A DNA stretch of 7,424 nucleotides from Octopus sinensis. Its lineage: Eukaryota. The translations under genes were made by a program, and so were the position numbers. Position 1 is the first letter of the stretch. Each line of letters opens with the position of its first letter. Where the stretch lies: the NCBI RefSeq assembly GCF_006345805.1, contig NW_021828886.1, forward strand, positions 1 through 7,424, given 5' to 3'. The notes under the pieces are model-generated. The model saw only the letters and a program-made list of their open reading frames with translations. It made no database searches and was not told the DNA's origin. Shown piece by piece: positions 1-6,677 of the stretch.

Positions 1-592
1 ACAGATGACATGATCAGGCGGATCATTGATAAAAAGAAGAAAGAGAGTTGGGCCCAGGACAGATCCTAGAGGGACCCCAGCATTAATAGAATAACTAGAT
101 GGAGATTGACCATCAAGAGCGACCTTGATCCGATGACCTTAAAGGAAAGAGGAGATGATGTTCAGGATGAATTGGAGCTTCCATAGAAGCCCAGCATCCC
201 AAATCCTATCAGATGCCTTAGAGGTATCAAGAGAAACTGCCCTAGCTTGACCAGATACGATGAAGGCACAATAAACACACCCGGATATAACAGTGAGAAG
301 ATCAGCAGTAGACTGTCCGGCACAGGAACCATATTGAGAGTCGGAGAATAAATGATTTGAGTCAAAATGTTTGATGAGAGAGTCATTAATCAAGGACTCA
401 AAAACCTTACTACTGATTAGTAGTAGACTAATTGGTCTATAATTATGTGGATAAAGATTGATCACCACAGTTCTTAAAGACAGGAACAACAGTTGGGAAT
501 TTCCGTAAAGAAAGAAAACAAATTTCTGAGATACTCTTTTGGAAGAGCCTAGAAAAGACAGAAGGCAGCTCAGGACGGAGCTTCTGAAGAAC
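1..592 (-). pseudogene. Decayed non-LTR retrotransposon (CR1/L2/Jockey-group LINE) reverse transcriptase fragment; runs off the window start
   Basis: Minus-strand translation: VLQKLRPELPSVFSRLFQKSISEICFLSLRKFPTVVPVFKNCGDQS, frameshift near 445, then NYRPISLLLISSKVFESLIN..SDSQYGS..STADLL..VSLDTSKASDRIWDAGLLWKL..IISSFL, stop at 139-141, then same frame GHRIKVALDGQSPSSYSINAGVPLGSVLGPTLFLLFINDPPDHVIC. These are the canonical LINE RT motifs (NYRPISLL, QxGF, LDxSKAFD, GVPQGSVLGP, FINDL) in degenerate form. Exact clade is uncertain. Confidence 0.93.
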
Positions 593-697
593 AGACAAAA
601 GGCATAGAGGCATCTTGTCCGTCCATACATTCTGAGTTCAAATTCTGCTGAGTTCGATTTTACTTTTCATTCTTTCGGGGTCGATAAATTAAGTACC

Positions 698-923
698 TAT
701 TTTTTTGTTACCCACAAGGGGCTAAGCACAGAAGGGGACAAACAAGGACAGACATAGGTATTAAGTCGATTACATCGACCCCAGTGCGTAACTGGTACTT
801 AATTTATCGACCCCGAAAGGATGAAAGGCAAAGTCGACCTCGGCAGAATTTGAACTTACAACGTAATGACAGACGAAATACGGCTACGCATTTCGCCTGA
901 TGTGCTAACGTTTCTGCCAGCTC
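698..923 (-). mobile_element. tRNA-derived SINE, family A, nested in reverse orientation with 15-bp TSD
   Basis: Reverse complement aligns end to end with 1382-1606 (roughly 85-90% by eye). Flanked by direct repeat GATAAATTAAGTACC at 683-697 and 924-938. Confidence 0.92.
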
Positions 924-1017
924 GATAAATTAAGTACCAGTTAAATACTGGGGTTGATGTAATCGAGTCATCCACCCCACCCCCAAAAAAGCTACCCTTG
1001 TGGCAAAACTTCAAACC

Positions 1018-1050
1018 ATTATCATTATTATTATTATTATTATTATTATT
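1018..1050. repeat. (ATT)n/(TAA)n microsatellite
   Basis: 11 triplets, one of them ATC; lies between the SINE tail (+) and the LINE 3' end (-). Confidence 0.95.
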
Positions 1051-1370
1051 TATTGCCTTTTCACAGCTTCACTACCAGTGAACTAAGGTAACACCCCTTA
1101 TTTTTTGAGCACCATCCGGAGTATTTGAGCGGTTCCAAGCAGTGCTGTGTTCTGCAAGTGCTCGACCCTTATTGCAGACCCTGTTTGTTCCATGTACTTC
1201 TCAAAATTCTTACTCACTCTTCCCATGGCTCTGACAATTATTGGTACTACTACCACCTTTTTCATCGACCACAACTGCTTAACTTCCCAAGCTAACCTGT
1301 CATATCTCTTGACTTTTCTTTCTTCCTTATTGCATGCCTTGTCAGCTGAGCATGCTATGTCTTTGATATA
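1051..1370 (-). mobile_element. 5'-truncated R4/Dong-like non-LTR retrotransposon 3' end: C-terminal restriction-like endonuclease (RLE) plus ~47-bp 3' UTR
   Basis: ORF 1098..1403(-) contains IKDIACSAD..KEERKVKRYDRLAWEVKQLWSMKKVVVVPIIVRAMGRVSKNFEKYM..LQNTALLGTAQILRMVL*, matching the R4/Dong RLE pattern (IDxAxP..KExEKxxKYxxLxxExxRLW..VxVVPIVxGALG..LQKxALLGTARILR). The first ~10 codons are borrowed from the adjacent SINE and junction. Confidence 0.85.
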
Positions 1371-1381
1371 AATAAACAACT

Positions 1382-1610
1382 GAGCTGGCAGAAACGTTAG
1401 CACGTCGGGCGAAATGCTTAGCGGTAATTCGTCTGCCGCTACGTTCTGAGTTCAAATTCCGCCGAGGTCGACTTTGCCTTTCATCCTTTCGGGGTCGATA
1501 AATTAAGTACCAGTTGCGCACTGGGGTCGATGTAATCAACTAAATCAGTTTGTCTGTCCCTGTTTGTCCCCTCTATGTTTAGCCCCTTGTGGGCAATAAA
1601 GAAATAGGTA
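1382..1610 (+). mobile_element. tRNA-derived SINE, family A, near full length
   Basis: A-box-like TGGCAGAAACGTTAG at 1386, B-box GAGTTCAAATTCC at 1448-1460, core GCCTTTCATCCTTTCGGGGTCGATAAATTAAGTACCAG, A-rich end AATAAAGAAATA. Four related copies are in the window. The core resembles, from memory, the Meta/MESC/Sauria-type SINE domain (unverified). Confidence 0.92.
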
Positions 1611-1699
1611 TTATACCCGACTTTTTAACTATATCGAAACAGCTGTAGAAAACACATTAAATTAAGAATCATATGTAACATTTATGTTTTTATGCCTTT

Positions 1700-2010
1700 T
1701 ACTCATCACATAGTTATCAATATTTATAGATAAAGCCATGTAACAACGGATATTTATGGATATCACCTATATTGATAGAGCTGTGACTGTTTGCTTATAT
1801 AATTGTAATATCTATGGATAATCAATGACATGATCAGGCAACTGTTGATATTTATCAATAGAATTATTCATACAGCTATGAATATTTACTGATATAATCA
1901 CACAGTTATCGATATTTATTGATATAATCATAGATCTATTGATATTCAGTGATATGACGGTATAACTGGATATTTCATCATATATATTGCTGTTATCACA
2001 CGGCTATGAA
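1700..2010 (+). repeat. Degenerate ~30-bp tandem repeat (old minisatellite), consensus approx. GATATTTATTGATATAATCATATAGCTATG
   Basis: Exact 30-bp phase at 1871-1900, 1901-1930, 1931-1960 (tacagctatgaatatttactgatataatca / cacagttatcgatatttattgatataatca / tagatctattgatattcagtgatatgacgg), with looser units either side. Confidence 0.8.
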
Positions 2011-2158
2011 AGTTTGCTTGCTTAGTGGATTATATACCCCAAAACTAACTCATCAAGGAAACCCACCCCCAAAATGAAAGAAGTTGGGGGTAAGGCAAAA
2101 GAAAATGGGGATAGGGGAATAACAGGTTGAAAAACCTAGACCAAATGGTGTGTTCACC

Positions 2159-2382
2159 TACAAAGGGGTTGTTGAAAAGTTCCTGGCTTTGAGTAAAAGA
2201 AAAAGAAGAGGATCAGTTAATTATGATTTTATTCAACATATTTCCCTCTCAGATTCACACACTTATTGCAGCGGTCCTTCAGTTTTTCTAAGCCTTATAA
2301 AAAACCCAGAAGGTTGAGCCTCCAGCCAGGACTTTCATGATACCCTTAAAGCCAGGAACTTTTTTCAGTGCCCTCTCATGTA
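2159..2382. mobile_element. Tc1/mariner-type MITE with ~30-bp TIRs and TA flanks
   Basis: Left TA-CAAAGGGGTTGTTGAAAAGTTCCTGGCTTT (2159-2190); right AAAGCCAGGAACTTTTTTCAGTGCCCTCTCATG-TA (2348-2382). The inner 16 bp are a perfect inverted match. No coding capacity. Confidence 0.82.
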
Positions 2383-2390
2383 TTTATATA

Positions 2391-2417
2391 TGTGTGTGTG
2401 TGTTGTGTGTGTGTGTG
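2391..2417. repeat. (TG)n microsatellite preceded by TA-rich run
   Basis: Directly visible; one interruption. Confidence 0.95.
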
Positions 2418-2589
2418 AAAGCACCCAATGCACTCTCGGAGTGGTTGGCATTAGGAAGGGCATCCAACTGTAGAAACACTGCCAGATCAGATTAGGGCCT
2501 GGTGCAGCCTCCTGGCTTCCCGGACCACAGTTGAACCGTTCAACCCATGCCAGTATGGAAAACAGACGTTAAATGATGATGATGATGAT
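2418..2589 (+). mobile_element. SINE-like retroposon 3' part, family B, ending ..ACAGACGTTAAATGATGATGAT
   Basis: Motif GAGTGGTTGGCATTAGGAAGGGCATCCA.CTGTAGAAAC shared with 5650-5689 and 7223-7261; (GAT)n tail at 2573-2589. Confidence 0.8.
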
Positions 2590-2714
2590 ATGTGTATATA
2601 TATATAAAGAATGGGGAAGGCTGGTCTATGGGATTACCTTAGGTTTCCTGTCCATAAAGAGTTTAGCTTTATGGCATATCATCAGATCCCAAAACCTGTT
2701 AGCCCAGGCCTCTT

Positions 2715-2783
2715 AAGGTTGGGCCTCCAGCCAGGCCTTTGATGATACGCTTAAAGCCAGGAACTTTTCAGCACCTGCTTGTA
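2715..2783. mobile_element. Orphan right end of the same mariner-type MITE
   Basis: AAGGTTGGGCCTCCAGCCAGG..TTAAAGCCAGGAACTTTTCAGCACCTGCTTG-TA is a direct-orientation match to 2310-2382; no left end nearby. Confidence 0.85.
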
Positions 2784-3530
2784 TGCCTTGTGGACATAAT
2801 TGCAAAGGCATTGCTGCAGAGAATAACGGCCAGGGTACTCACTGCAACAGCCACCCAACCCACCTTGCAGAGCTCATTTCTCAAACAGGCTGCAGTTATC
2901 CTGATTTTGCTGAGGAAATCAGCAGTGCAGGGTCCAAGAACATCATCATCATCATCATTGTTCAACCGTGGTGGAGATAATGGAATTTACCATGCTATGC
3001 CAGACTTCACGGTCCATCATGGCATTACGGAGGTCCTGTTGCTGGATACCTGTATCCCTGGAGATTACATCAGGGTAGGAGAGTGTGCGCCCTCTGGTAT
3101 TGCGAGCAGATGGCTTTCAGAGGAGAAGAGCAGAAATTACCTCTTTTTCAGCTCTACAACAATGTCCAGCAAACTGGACTATTCTACCTTTCACAAGAGA
3201 TGACACAGGTGGTAGTTTCCCATATATTTGCATTTTGGTTGGATGGCGCTTCCATGAGAGATTTTGAGCTCTCATAAGGAGGCGAGTGTAGGTTCCATCC
3301 AACCGCCTCTCAAGCATCTTTGATAATGTCCAGTTTGTCCAAGAACACCCAAGGCCTCAACAGTGACCATCACAAACTGATAACAGCCAGTCAGGCTCCT
3401 GTATTGGTTCATCTTTCTTCTGTGTTAGGGGTCGCAATACCCAGGTTTGTGCCCGATGCAACAAGATTGGGACCAGAGAAAATGTCACACAGCACATCAC
3501 ATCCCAAATTAGGGATTTGCCTCCATTGTA
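2784..3530 (-). pseudogene. CRE-like (RLE-type) non-LTR retrotransposon C-terminal endonuclease fragment, split by an RTE insertion
   Basis: With 2943-3347 removed, the minus strand reads GGKSLIWDVMC/DIFSGPNLVASGTNLGIATPNTE/RRKMNQYRSLTGCYQFVMVTVEALGVLGPCTADFLSKI..LAVILCSNAFAIMST (slashes are frameshifts). This matches the CRE-type RLE pattern GKxLxWDxTCxDT..AExxKxxKY..FxPxAVETLGxxGP..RGNA. Confidence 0.8.
2943..3336 (-). mobile_element. 5'-truncated RTE-group LINE 3' end with (TGA)n tail and 11-bp TSD
   Basis: WTLSKMLERRLDGTYTRLLMRAQNLSWKRHPT..IYGKLPPVSSLVKGRIVQFAGHCCR..LLL*KPSARNTRGRTLSYPDVISRDTGIQQQDLRNAMMDREVWHSMVNSIISTTVEQ*, typical of the RTE post-RT region (WTL..SW..FAGH..DRxxW). One premature TGA at 3117-3119. 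TSD GTCCAAGAACA at 2932-2942 and 3337-3347. Confidence 0.9.
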
Positions 3531-3555
3531 TACCTATTATTGCTATGGGTATATG

Positions 3556-3987
3556 CAGGGCTGGATTAAGACCCATCGAGGCCCTAAGCACTTAAAAGAT
3601 TTTGGTGCCCCCCATAAAAGATTATGTAATTCAAAATATAAACAACAACAAACGATAAAATAAATTTTTAATTTTCAAAATGAAACAAAACAGTAAGAAG
3701 GAAAATAATGTTTATTTTTGTATTTTTTCCACTTTATTTATATTTGAAAAGTTTTCTCCTACCTTTTAGTTAATTGCAAAGTCTTTGATCAGATCCTCAA
3801 AATTAATCTTAGGTAACACATCTGCATCTATACTTAGTAGAGATAAAGGCATCCCGAATATTATTTTAGCAATTTTCAAGTGATTTCTTTTGTGCCATAA
3901 ACCATTTACCATTTCTATGGTGCCTCCCCTCCTTCCCCTGATGCCTTAAGTATGTGCTTACTTTGCTTAATGGTTAATCCAGCACTG
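3556..3987 (-). mobile_element. Non-autonomous hAT (Tip100-like) element retaining the transposase C-terminus
   Basis: TIRs CAGGGCTGGATTAA (3556-3569) and TTAATCCAGCACTG (3974-3987) match 13/14. Degenerate 8-bp TSD GGTATATG / GATATATA (6/8). Minus strand at ~3765-3852 reads LSLLSIDADVLPKINFEDLIKDFAIN, resembling the end of the hAT dimerisation domain. Confidence 0.85.
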
Positions 3988-4110
3988 GATATATATTACA
4001 GTCATCATATTAACTATGGAAATTTATTGCCATTGTTACCCATATAATATCCAAAGATATTTGTTGATATATAGTTTTGACTTGATCACATCATTTTATA
4101 ACTATGGATG

Positions 4111-4390
4111 CCTTTTACGTGTCACTGGCAATATCCACAACTAGGAACTTTACCAATATGATATCAATGTAGAGGTGCATGGCTTAGTGGTCAGGGGTGT
4201 TGGGCTCACAATCGTAAGATTGTGGTTTCGATTCCTGGACTGGGAAACGTGTATTGTGTTCTTGAGTAAAACCCTTCATTTTACGTTTCTCCAGTTCACT
4301 CTGCTGTGAATAGGAAGCGCATTGTGACAAGTGGTGTATAACAACAGCCAATAGTCTGGTCAATACTATGATACTGTGTGTGTGTGTGTG
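4111..4390. repeat. Left arm of an inverted duplication of 5322-5591
   Basis: Reverse-complement alignment by eye gives 8 substitutions and two indels (8 bp, 2 bp) over ~270 aligned bases; includes non-SINE flank. Confidence 0.95.
4169..4390 (+). mobile_element. tRNA-derived CORE-like SINE, family C (inside the duplicated arm), ending in (TG)n
   Basis: A-box TGGCTTAGTGG, B-box-like GGTTTCGATTCC, then TGTGTTCTTGAGTAAAAC..CCAGTTCACTC.GCTG, homologous to 6270-6408. 3' boundary uncertain. Confidence 0.8.
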
Positions 4391-4502
4391 CATTAAACCT
4401 ATAAGTACTGAGTTTTATTGGACATAGTTATATATTGATAGTTTTTTGTTGATATTTCATATAGTTATCGGGTTAACGATATATTACTGCTATGAGTTTT
4501 CG

Positions 4503-4873
4503 ACACTCTGGCGGTTACGATGATGAGGGTTCCAGTTGATCAATTCACTGGAACAGCCTGCTTGTGAAATTAACATTCAAGTGGCTGAGCACTCCACAGA
4601 CACATGTACCCTTAACGTAGTTCTCGGGCAAATTCAGAGTGACACAGAGTGGGACAAGGCTGGCCCTTTGAAATACAGGTACAACAGAAACAGGAAGAAA
4701 GAGTAGGAGAAAGTTGTGGTGAAAGAGTACAGCAGGGTTCACCACCACCCCTGCCAGAGCCTTGTGGAGCTTTAAATGTTTTCAATAAACACTCAGAGCA
4801 CCTGGTCTGGGAACTGAAACTGTGATCCTACGACTGCGAGTCCGCTACCCTAACCACTGGGCCATTGTGCCTT
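4503..4873 (-). mobile_element. tRNA-derived SINE with non-CORE body and the same ~180-bp 3' tail as 6409-6591
   Basis: Minus-strand head AAGGCACAATGGCCCAGTGGTTAGGG..AGTTTCAGTTCCCAGACC. 4504-4685 is the reverse complement of 6409-6591 (GTTGTACCTGTATTTCAA..GAGAACTACGTTAAGGGTACA..CATCATCGTAACCG). The middle 4686-4800 is unrelated to the CORE-like body. Confidence 0.85.
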
Positions 4874-4875
4874 AT

Positions 4876-5080
4876 GGAGATAGCTTGTCATAACCAATTA
4901 AATGCATAGAGATTTTTATTGATATGTTATTGCTATGGATTTTTATTGCTAAAATCATATAGCAATGGATGTATATATCTTGCAGTAATCATATAATTAT
5001 CAGTGTTTATTGTATTTATTGATATCAAATAGCTATGGGTATTGATATCAAAATATAGTTATGGTTGTTGATATCATACG
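4876..5080 (+). repeat. Further patch of the degenerate ATTGATATCATATAGCTATGG backbone repeat
   Basis: e.g. tttattgatatcaaatagctatgggtattgatatcaaaatatagttatggttgttgatatcata (5015-5078). Confidence 0.7.
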
Positions 5081-5086
5081 AAAGAA

Positions 5087-5324
5087 AAAGGTAAAGTTAC
5101 CTTTGTTAGTCCTGTTGACTCATAAGGGCCGGTTTCCATGGCGTATGAATTCTCCACCTGGATGGGACCCCAGTCCTTCACAGGATGACTCATTTCTACC
5201 AGCTGAGTGGACTGGAGCAACAGGAAATGAAGTGTTTTGCCCAAGAATGCAATACACCACCTGGTCTGGGAATTGAAACCATGATCTTGCAGTCATGAAT
5301 GTAACACATGCCACATGCCTTCAC
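5087..5324 (-). mobile_element. tRNA-derived CORE-like SINE, family C, with a different tail ending in ACCTTT-like units
   Basis: Minus strand: GTGAAGGCATGTGGC..GGTTTCAATTCCCAGACC..TTCTTGGGCAAAACACTTCATTTCCTGTTGCTCCAGTCCACTCAGCTGGTAGAAATGAGT matches 6270-6410, then diverges. Confidence 0.82.
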
Positions 5325-5591
5325 ACACACACACACAGTATCATAGTATTGACCAGACTATTGGCTGTTGTTATACACCACTTATCACAATGCGCTTGCC
5401 ATTCACAGCTGAGTGAACTGAAGAAATGTAAAACGAAGGGTTTTACTCAAGAACACAACACGTTTCCCAGTCCAGGAATCGAAACCACAATCTTACGATT
5501 GTGAGCCCTGACCACTAAGCCATGCACCTCTACATTGATATCATATTGGTAAAGTTCATAGTTGTGGATATTGCCAGTGACACGTAAAAGG
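5322..5591. repeat. Right arm (probable donor) of the inverted duplication; contains a family C SINE on the minus strand (5322-5533)
   Basis: Reverse complement of 4111-4390. Confidence 0.95.
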
Positions 5592-5817
5592 TACCTATGC
5601 TGGTGACACATCTGGGGCACCCATGGTGATGACATGTAAAAGGCTCTGTGGAGTGGTCGACGTTAGGAAGGGCATCCAGCTGTCGAAACCCTACCAAAGC
5701 AGACACTGGAACTCACAGCAGCCTTTGGGCTCATTGCAAGCCAAAACAGACCGGAAGCTCTCCAGCTTACCAGTTCCAGTCAAACCATTTAATGCCAGCA
5801 TCAAAAACAGATATTAG
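5572..5817 (+). mobile_element. Family B retroposon 3' part; its (GAT)n tail is displaced to 6682-6694
   Basis: GCCAGTGACACGTAAAAGG subrepeats as in 7060-7210, GGAGTGGTCGACGTTAGGAAGGGCATCCAGCTGT, and end AAAAACAGATATTA matching GAAAACAGACGTTAA at 2558-2572. Confidence 0.75.
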
Positions 5818-6039
5818 CCCTTTTGATACCAACCCGGCTGAAACCACTTCTGGCTCTGTAGTACAAATGTCCTGTTTTCAAAAGTTTTAAATTAAAATCT
5901 TCCACCAAACCTTAGTCACAGTTTATGTTCCTAACACTAGCTTAATGATAACAAAGTTATTTTACTAAATTCTTTGTTATATTTAAAATTAATTGAAAGA
6001 AACACAGAGCATCTCAACAGAAATATGGTAACAAAAGGG
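5818..6039. mobile_element. piggyBac-type MITE, copy 1 (222 bp)
   Basis: TIRs CCCTTTTGATACCA / TGGTAACAAAAGGG match 13/14, with CCC..GGG ends and TTAA-like flanks (TTAG, CTAA). Confidence 0.85.
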
Positions 6040-6124
6040 CTAAAGACAGTCAGTCAAATGTGTCTTCAATTTGCACAAGATTTGGCTGCTATTTCTAACA
6101 AGTCAAACAAAATCTGCAAATTAA

Positions 6125-6677
6125 CCCTTTTGATACCAACCCGGCTGAAACAATCTCTGGCTCAGTAGTACAGATGTCTTGTTTTCAAAAGTTCTGAATT
6201 AAAATCTTCCACCAAACCTTAGTCACAATTTATGTTCCTAACACTGTCTTAATGATACCTAAGTTATCAGTGAAGGCGCATGGCTTAGTGGTTAGGGCAT
6301 TCGGCTGACGATTATAAGGTTGTGAGTTCAATTCCCGGCGATGCGTTGTGTCCTTGAGCAAGACACTTTATTTCACGTTGCTGCAGTCCACTCAGCTGGC
6401 AAAAATGAGTTGTACCTGTATTTCAAGGGGCCGGCCTTGTCACACTCTGTGTCATGCTGAATCTCCCTGAGAACTACGTTAAGGGTACACGTGTCTGTGG
6501 ATTGCTCAGTCACTTGCACGTTAATTCCACGAGCAAGCTGTTCCGTTGATTGTATCAGCTGGGACCCTCTTCATCGTAACCGACAGAGTGCTCCCTATTT
6601 TACTAAATTCTTTGTTATATTTAAAATTAAGTGAACGAAACACAAAGAAGCCCAACAGAAATTTGGTAATGAAAGGG
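6125..6677. mobile_element. piggyBac-type MITE, copy 2 (direct orientation), interrupted by a SINE
   Basis: TTAA-CCCTTTTGATACCA at 6121; aligns to copy 1 up to AAGTTAT (6267), resumes TATTTTACTAAATTC at 6596, and ends TGGTAATGAAAGGG-ATAA. Confidence 0.88.
6268..6595 (+). mobile_element. Full-length tRNA-derived CORE-like SINE (family C) inserted in MITE copy 2
   Basis: A-box TGGCTTAGTGG (6281), B-box GAGTTCAATTCC (6324), CORE-like TGTGTCCTTGAGCAAGACACTT, 180-bp tail. Boundaries are defined by the empty site in MITE copy 1; only TAT is duplicated. Possibly one of the described octopus OR-type SINEs (unverified). Confidence 0.9.

Larger units (their letters stand above)
593..1050 (+). mobile_element. 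tRNA-derived SINE, family A (older, 5'-truncated host copy), interrupted at 698-923, ending in an (ATT)n tail
   Basis: 593-697 aligns to the copy at 1382-1610 (B-box-like GAGTTCAAATTC at 634-645; core ..TTTCGGGGTCGATAAATTAAGTACC). It resumes at 924 (GATAAATTAAGTACCAGTT..CTGGGGTTGATGTAATCGA) and then carries a different 3' tail from the 1382 copy. Confidence 0.85.

Noticed and set aside
139-630. RT ORF as an active retron, DGR, group II intron or defence RT
   Set aside because: Motifs are LINE-type, and the fragment has a frameshift, an in-frame stop, degenerate catalytic-region motifs and a SINE-derived start.
1861-1970. 30-bp periodic repeats as a possible CRISPR array
   Set aside because: Units are contiguous and degenerate with no unique spacers; no cas genes; eukaryotic repeat context.
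2065-2091. Hairpin ACCCCCAA..TTGGGGGT as a terminator
   Set aside because: No upstream gene, low-complexity stem, eukaryotic context.
2739-3203. 154-aa plus-strand ORF
   Set aside because: Chimeric read-through across a MITE end, the antisense of the CRE-like fragment, a (CAT)n tail and the antisense of the RTE fragment; no coherent domain.
4184-5504. Paralogous small ORFs 4184..4393(-) and 5295..5504(+) sharing HTHTHSIIVLTRLLAVV
   Set aside because: They are antisense translations of the duplicated SINE and its (CA)n tract; similarity is explained by the DNA duplication.
4111-5591. Single foldback or long-TIR DNA transposon
   Set aside because: No TSD outside the arms, arms are made of SINE plus local backbone, and the right arm continues seamlessly into a neighbouring element.
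4545-6168. Remaining 60-80 aa ORFs (4545, 5061, 5120, 5447, 5623, 5648, 5974)
   Set aside because: All fall within SINE or MITE sequence and show no recognisable protein motifs.
6270-6340. tRNA gene (also 1382-1465, 4169-4240, 7281-7345)
   Set aside because: A and B boxes are present but I could not fold a convincing cloverleaf, and each continues into a SINE body, so these are tRNA-derived heads.
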